DNA from: Methanothrix sp.
Lineage (GTDB): Archaea > Halobacteriota > Methanosarcinia > Methanotrichales > Methanotrichaceae
Length of the DNA stretch: 64,000 nt
Direction of reading: 5' to 3'
Assembly (NCBI GenBank): GCA_963682135.1
Contig: OY821645.1
Span: 2,304,001-2,368,000 of the forward strand
Every line of letters begins with the position of its first letter. The stretch's first letter is position 1. A program made the position numbers and the translations under genes. Shown here piece by piece: positions 59,629 to 64,000 of the stretch. The notes beneath the pieces were generated by a model that was not told where the DNA came from, did not search any database, and saw nothing but the letters and a program-made list of their open reading frames with translations.

Positions 59629-60446
59629 TGCCGGATGTGATGCAAAAGTTCAGTCGCGTGGGCTTATTTTTATTTTTATCTTTTTTGCTTATGGCCGTCT
59701 TCTCCGCCCAACTGGCACCCTATGATCCCTGGATGAGGTTCGAGCCCTACCTCTTTCCCGGCCAGGAGCATATTCTCGGCACAAACGATATGGGACACGA
59801 CATACTCTCCGAACTTATCTATGGATCAAGGGTCTCACTCATCGTGGGCTTTGGAGCGGCCCTCATGGCCACCTTCATCGGCACAATCGTGGGGCTTCTG
59901 GCCGGATACTACAGGGGCACGACTGATGAGATTCTCATGGGGATAACGGATATTTTTCTTATGATTCCCCAGATTCCTCTTATAATCGTGATCGCCTCGT
60001 TCCTGAGGCCCAGCTTCTGGCTCGTCGCCCTTCTCATGGGCACTTTGTGGTGGACCTCCACGGCCAGAGTAGTTCGCAGCAAAGCCTTACAGGTTAGGGA
60101 GAATGGCTTTGTGCAGGCCTCAAGAGCCTTAGGCTTCTCAGATCGGCATATCATCATCACAGACGTGCTGCCCAATATTTTCCATGTGATTATGCCCAAA
60201 TTTCTGCTATCCATTGCCTCGGCCATGATCGCTGAAGCCTCCATATCGTTCTTAGGTTTGGGCGATCCTACCATGAAGAGCTGGGGGATGATGATCAACT
60301 TTGCCTTCACTCGCGGGGGCTTCATAAACGGTTATTGGTGGTGGTACCTGACACCAGGGCTATGCATTACACTTTTTGTTCTTTGTGTAGTTCTCATGGG
60401 CTTTGCCTGGGAAGAACAGGAACAAGCAACCCAGAGGTTAGAATGA
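59619..60446 (+). CDS. ABC permease (DppC/NikC-like)
   Basis: HILGTNDMGHDI, YGSRVSL, SFLGLG. Confidence 0.92.
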   Translation: MALMPDVMQKFSRVGLFLFLSFLLMAVFSAQLAPYDPWMRFEPYLFPGQEHILGTNDMGHDILSELIYGSRVSLIVGFGAALMATFIGTIVGLLAGYYRGTTDEILMGITDIFLMIPQIPLIIVIASFLRPSFWLVALLMGTLWWTSTARVVRSKALQVRENGFVQASRALGFSDRHIIITDVLPNIFHVIMPKFLLSIASAMIAEASISFLGLGDPTMKSWGMMINFAFTRGGFINGYWWWYLTPGLCITLFVLCVVLMGFAWEEQEQATQRLE

Positions 60447-61432
60447 ATTCACTCATAATAGATACAGCACCTCTTTTGCAGATTGAGGGGCTGTCCGTAA
60501 GTTTCGAGACGAGTGTTGGCCGGGTCAAGGCAGCCGAGAACGTATGCTTTGAGCTGCATAAAGGAGAGACACTGGCGCTTGTGGGCGAAACGGGTTGCGG
60601 CAAGTCGGTAGTTGCAAGCAGCATAATGCAGCTTTTGCCGCATAATGCCTTTGTAAGGGGCCGGGCTGTCTATGCGGGAAGGGATCTTCTGAGCCTGAGT
60701 GAGGAGGAGATGGCAGGCATACGAGGCAGCGAGATTGCCATTGTATTTCAAAACCCCTCTTTATCCTTAAATCCCATCATGCGAGTGGGTGAGCAGATTG
60801 CCGAAATGCTGCGGGTTCGTAAAGGCTTTCGGCGCATCCTGTCCTTGCAAATGGCCAGAGATATGCTCCGCCGCCTGGGTCTGGAAGGTGGGGAGATGAC
60901 GAGGATGTACCCCTTTCAGTTCTCAGGCGGCATGAATCAGAGGGTGATGATCGCCACATCCATGATTCTCTCGCCCAGGATCATAATAGCAGACGAGCCC
61001 AGCAAAGGATTGGATGGAGCACTGGTTGGGGAGGTAATGGCGGAAATGGTGATGATCAAGCATCAAATGGGAGCCTCTCTTCTGCTCATCACTCATGATC
61101 TCATGCTTGCCAGAGAATTATCGGATAGGATAGCGGTGATGTACTGCGGCGAGATTGTGGAGATCGGCAAGAGCCATGATGTCTTCTCTAAGCCGCTGCA
61201 CCCCTATACTATTGCACTTTTGAGCAGTCTTCCCGAAAGAGGCTTTCAACCCATACCGGGAAGCTCGCCCTCCATGATAAATCCGCCGGCTGGCTGCAAG
61301 TTCCATCCCCGCTGTCCGAATAGCCAGGAGAGGTGCAGGAGGAAGCCGAAGATGACTCAGGTCATTGGCGCAAAAGTGGCCATTGGCTGCAATGAGAGCA
61401 CTGGCAGGGAGGTGAGGTGTTGGCTGTACTGA
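60443..61432 (+). CDS. ABC ATPase (DppD-like)
   Basis: GETGCGKS, FSGGMNQR, HPYT, GCKFHPRC; ATGA overlap at 60443. Confidence 0.92.
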   Translation: MNSLIIDTAPLLQIEGLSVSFETSVGRVKAAENVCFELHKGETLALVGETGCGKSVVASSIMQLLPHNAFVRGRAVYAGRDLLSLSEEEMAGIRGSEIAIVFQNPSLSLNPIMRVGEQIAEMLRVRKGFRRILSLQMARDMLRRLGLEGGEMTRMYPFQFSGGMNQRVMIATSMILSPRIIIADEPSKGLDGALVGEVMAEMVMIKHQMGASLLLITHDLMLARELSDRIAVMYCGEIVEIGKSHDVFSKPLHPYTIALLSSLPERGFQPIPGSSPSMINPPAGCKFHPRCPNSQERCRRKPKMTQVIGAKVAIGCNESTGREVRCWLY

Positions 61433-62106
61433 AGGCGGAAGAACTGGGCAGGATCTACGAATCGGGCCTGATCTTCAAGACGCGGCATGTTGCTTTAGAT
61501 GGTGTATCGCTGGAAATGAACGCTGGCAAGACTCTGGGAGTGATGGGCATCTCAGGCTCAGGCAAGACCACATTGGGTAAGATCCTGGCAGGTCTGGAGA
61601 GGCCATCCACGGGGAGGGTTCTCTTTGCGGGAAAGGATCTCCGGTCCATGAGCGGCAGGGAGTTTGCTGTTTTCAGGAGAGCGGTGCAGATGGTCTTTCA
61701 GGACCCGGAGGGCTCTTTGAATCCCAAAAAGAGCATAGAGCGATCTATTCATGAGGTCCTGGGCCTCATCAAAATTCCCCGCAGAGAATGGCAGGATAGG
61801 ACCGAGGAGATGCTGGATATGGTAGGCCTGTCCGAGGAGTTGCTCTGCCGCTATCCTTTTCAGATCTCGGGCGGACAATGTCAGAGAGTGGCTCTGGGTC
61901 GAGTATTGCTCCTCCGCCCTCAGGTAATAATCCTGGACGAGCCAACCTCAGCTCTCGATATCTCGGTACAGGCTCAGATTCTAAATCTCCTTAAGGATCT
62001 GCAGAGAGATCTAGGTCTTGCCTATCTGCTTATCTCTCATCAGAGCGAGGTGATCAGGTTCATGGCTCATGAAACGATCATCCTTGAGAGCAAAAGAACC
62101 TCTTGA
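61417..62106 (+). CDS. ABC ATPase (DppF/NikE-like)
   Basis: GISGSGKTT, QMVFQDP, ISGGQCQR, DEPTSALD. Confidence 0.92.
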   Translation: MLAVLKAEELGRIYESGLIFKTRHVALDGVSLEMNAGKTLGVMGISGSGKTTLGKILAGLERPSTGRVLFAGKDLRSMSGREFAVFRRAVQMVFQDPEGSLNPKKSIERSIHEVLGLIKIPRREWQDRTEEMLDMVGLSEELLCRYPFQISGGQCQRVALGRVLLLRPQVIILDEPTSALDISVQAQILNLLKDLQRDLGLAYLLISHQSEVIRFMAHETIILESKRTS

Positions 62107-62307
62107 GGAAAGATCGACGATATAGTTTGGCAATTGCTAAGTAATAAGCCCACAGGTATAATATGATGCAAAATTTTGATCTTAATAAAATATCATATAC
62201 ATTATTTACCAACATAGGTTTAGCATAAGAATTATCTAGAATTGTTACTTGGTGCGATTAAAGATAGCTATTTATAATTGAATGGCATTTTGATTAGCGG
62301 TGAAACT

Positions 62308-63027
62308 ATGCACATTCCTGATGGCTATCTAGGGCCATACACCTATATCGCATTGTGGATCATAATGATCCCCATCTGGTACTATGCGGGAAGAAAGCTC
62401 AGCTCTGAGCTGAAGTCCAGGCAGGTTCCCCTGCTGGCGCTGGCAGCAGCGTTCTCTTTTGTTATTATGATGTTCAATGTCCCAATTCCGGGAGGCAGCA
62501 CCGGTCATGCCGTAGGCGCTGCAATAATCGGCATCGTTCTGGGACCATGGGCCGCAGTGATTGCCATATCCGTTGCCCTAGTGCTACAGGCGCTGATGTT
62601 CGGCGATGGTGGTATCACCGCCATCGCAGCCAATTGCTTTAATATGGCTGTAGTTATGCCCTTTGTGGCTTATTATGCTTACAAGCTCATCAGCACAGGC
62701 ACAGAGATTACTTCATCGAGAAGATTCATTGCCGCAGCCATCGCCGGCTATATCTCACTCGTGATAGCATCTGCCTTTACAGGCTTTGAATTCGGCATAC
62801 AGCCAATATTGCATCACACAGCCGAAGGAGTACCACTCTACATGCCCTACCCGCTATCCGTGACGGTTCCTGCCATGGTACTGGAGCATGTTTTCGGATT
62901 CGGCATCCTCGAGGCGCTCATTACGGCTTTGATCTTTGCTTACATCCAGAGAACGGATACCACCCTGCTCTATGGAGAGAAATCTGCAACCCAGAAGAAG
63001 AAAAAGAAGAACGCAAGCACAGCGTGA
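62308..63027 (+). CDS. cbiM: ECF Co/Ni transporter S component CbiM/NikM
   Basis: Metal-binding N-terminus MHIPDGYL fixes the start at 62308; GSTGHAVG, QALMFGDGG. Confidence 0.93.
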   Translation: MHIPDGYLGPYTYIALWIIMIPIWYYAGRKLSSELKSRQVPLLALAAAFSFVIMMFNVPIPGGSTGHAVGAAIIGIVLGPWAAVIAISVALVLQALMFGDGGITAIAANCFNMAVVMPFVAYYAYKLISTGTEITSSRRFIAAAIAGYISLVIASAFTGFEFGIQPILHHTAEGVPLYMPYPLSVTVPAMVLEHVFGFGILEALITALIFAYIQRTDTTLLYGEKSATQKKKKKNASTA

Positions 63028-63036
63028 GGTAAGACC

Positions 63037-63351
63037 ATGGATAAGATAATAAAAAACTTTGCTATCGGCCTGGCTTTGCTGATTATTCTGGCGCCGCTCG
63101 GGCTTTTAGCTGTTGGAGAGACCTTTGGCGAGTGGGGACCGGAAGAGGTTAAGGAGAAGCTCGGCTTTGTGCCTCCTGGTTTAGAGCAGCTTTCATCGCT
63201 TTGGAGCGCACCCATGTCAGATTATTCCCTGCCCGGCATTGGCGATTCGATGACGGCAGCATCGGCAGCGTATATCCTGTCTGCAGTGCTCGGCGTTGTT
63301 ATCTGCGGTGGTCTGCTCTACTTCGTGGGCAAGAGAATTGCCAAAGACTGA
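63037..63351 (+). CDS. PDGLE-domain NikN-like ECF component
   Basis: APLGL, FGEWG, PPGLE, APMSDYS; two TM helices. Confidence 0.85.
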   Translation: MDKIIKNFAIGLALLIILAPLGLLAVGETFGEWGPEEVKEKLGFVPPGLEQLSSLWSAPMSDYSLPGIGDSMTAASAAYILSAVLGVVICGGLLYFVGKRIAKD

Positions 63352-63394
63352 CGCCTTTTTTTAAAAATTTTTTTAGATTTGGAGCAGAAAAGAT

Positions 63395-64000
63395 ATGATC
63401 CCGGAATGGATGAAAGAAGTGGATGTTGGCCCGTGCTCGTGTTCTGCGGTATATCACGGCAAGAAAGGCTTTGTAGGGAAGACAATAGATGGAATATTCG
63501 GCTTTTTGCAGGAAGCCTTTGTCTCGGAGACTTATGCCAAGCGAGACGGCTTGCTACAGGCCCTGGACCCCAGGGCCAAACTGATCTCCATTCTTGCCGT
63601 CATATTTGCCACCAGCATGGTAGGTGACCTTCATCTATTGATCGTTGTCTACCTGGCGACATTGCTTTTCGCGTATCTCAGCAAGGTCGATGTTATATTC
63701 TTCATCAAGCGTGTCTGGCTCTTTATTCCCATTTTTGCGGGCATAATCGCCCTGCCCATGGTCTTCAACATCTTCTTCCCCGGCGATCCTCTTATTCAGC
63801 TGGCATACCTTGGTCCAGGAGCTTCCCTCGGGCTTTTTTCTCTGCCGGAGAGCATTTTCATCACCAAACAGGGAGTTGACATGGCGATCATATTCACCAT
63901 GCGTGTGGCGACCTGCGTCTCGTCCGTGGTACTGCTTTTTATCACTACGCCACAGCAAGTGCTCTTCAAGTCCCTGCGCTCAGTTGGAGTTCCCAAGATC
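63395..64000 (+). CDS. cbiQ: ECF transmembrane component CbiQ/NikQ (partial)
   Basis: Manual translation MIPEWMKEV...GLLQALDPRAKLI...RVATCVS...TTP...KSLRSVGVPK; runs off the window. Confidence 0.88.
   Translation, partial: MIPEWMKEVDVGPCSCSAVYHGKKGFVGKTIDGIFGFLQEAFVSETYAKRDGLLQALDPRAKLISILAVIFATSMVGDLHLLIVVYLATLLFAYLSKVDVIFFIKRVWLFIPIFAGIIALPMVFNIFFPGDPLIQLAYLGPGASLGLFSLPESIFITKQGVDMAIIFTMRVATCVSSVVLLFITTPQQVLFKSLRSVGVPKI

Overview
Chromosomal segment of a methanogenic archaeon, most consistent with Methanothrix/Methanosarcinales. This is inferred from the mtrEDCBAFGH operon, mtd, cofD/cofG, MC1 chromatin protein, carS, egsA and a BHB-intron tRNA. Most of the window is housekeeping: rpl7ae-rps28e-rpl24e-ndk-aIF5B, proS, glycogen enzymes, the HMG-CoA synthase/thiolase/DUF35 operon, and Ni/Co uptake (family-5 ABC and ECF transporters). 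The standout is 696-9050, an apparent archaeal RiPP-like locus. It has a 73-aa nitrile-hydratase-leader-like precursor ending in ...ELEKVASK-SGCISPCM, four paralogous cobalamin-dependent radical SAM enzymes, and one radical SAM/SPASM enzyme with an N-terminal RRE-like domain. A MinD-like ATPase is coupled on the left. Other accessory items: an intact solo tnpB (IS200/IS605, IS1341-like) element; a ~1890-aa lectin-propeller/beta-helix surface protein with 12 near-identical DNA repeats; a degenerate Toprim-like gene flanked by two paralogous tail-anchored microproteins; an unannotated hydrophobic peptide followed by a UUCG hairpin; a probable CTG start for ndk; and a kissing-loop-like intergenic element. 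All calls come from reading motifs by eye; no database searches were run.
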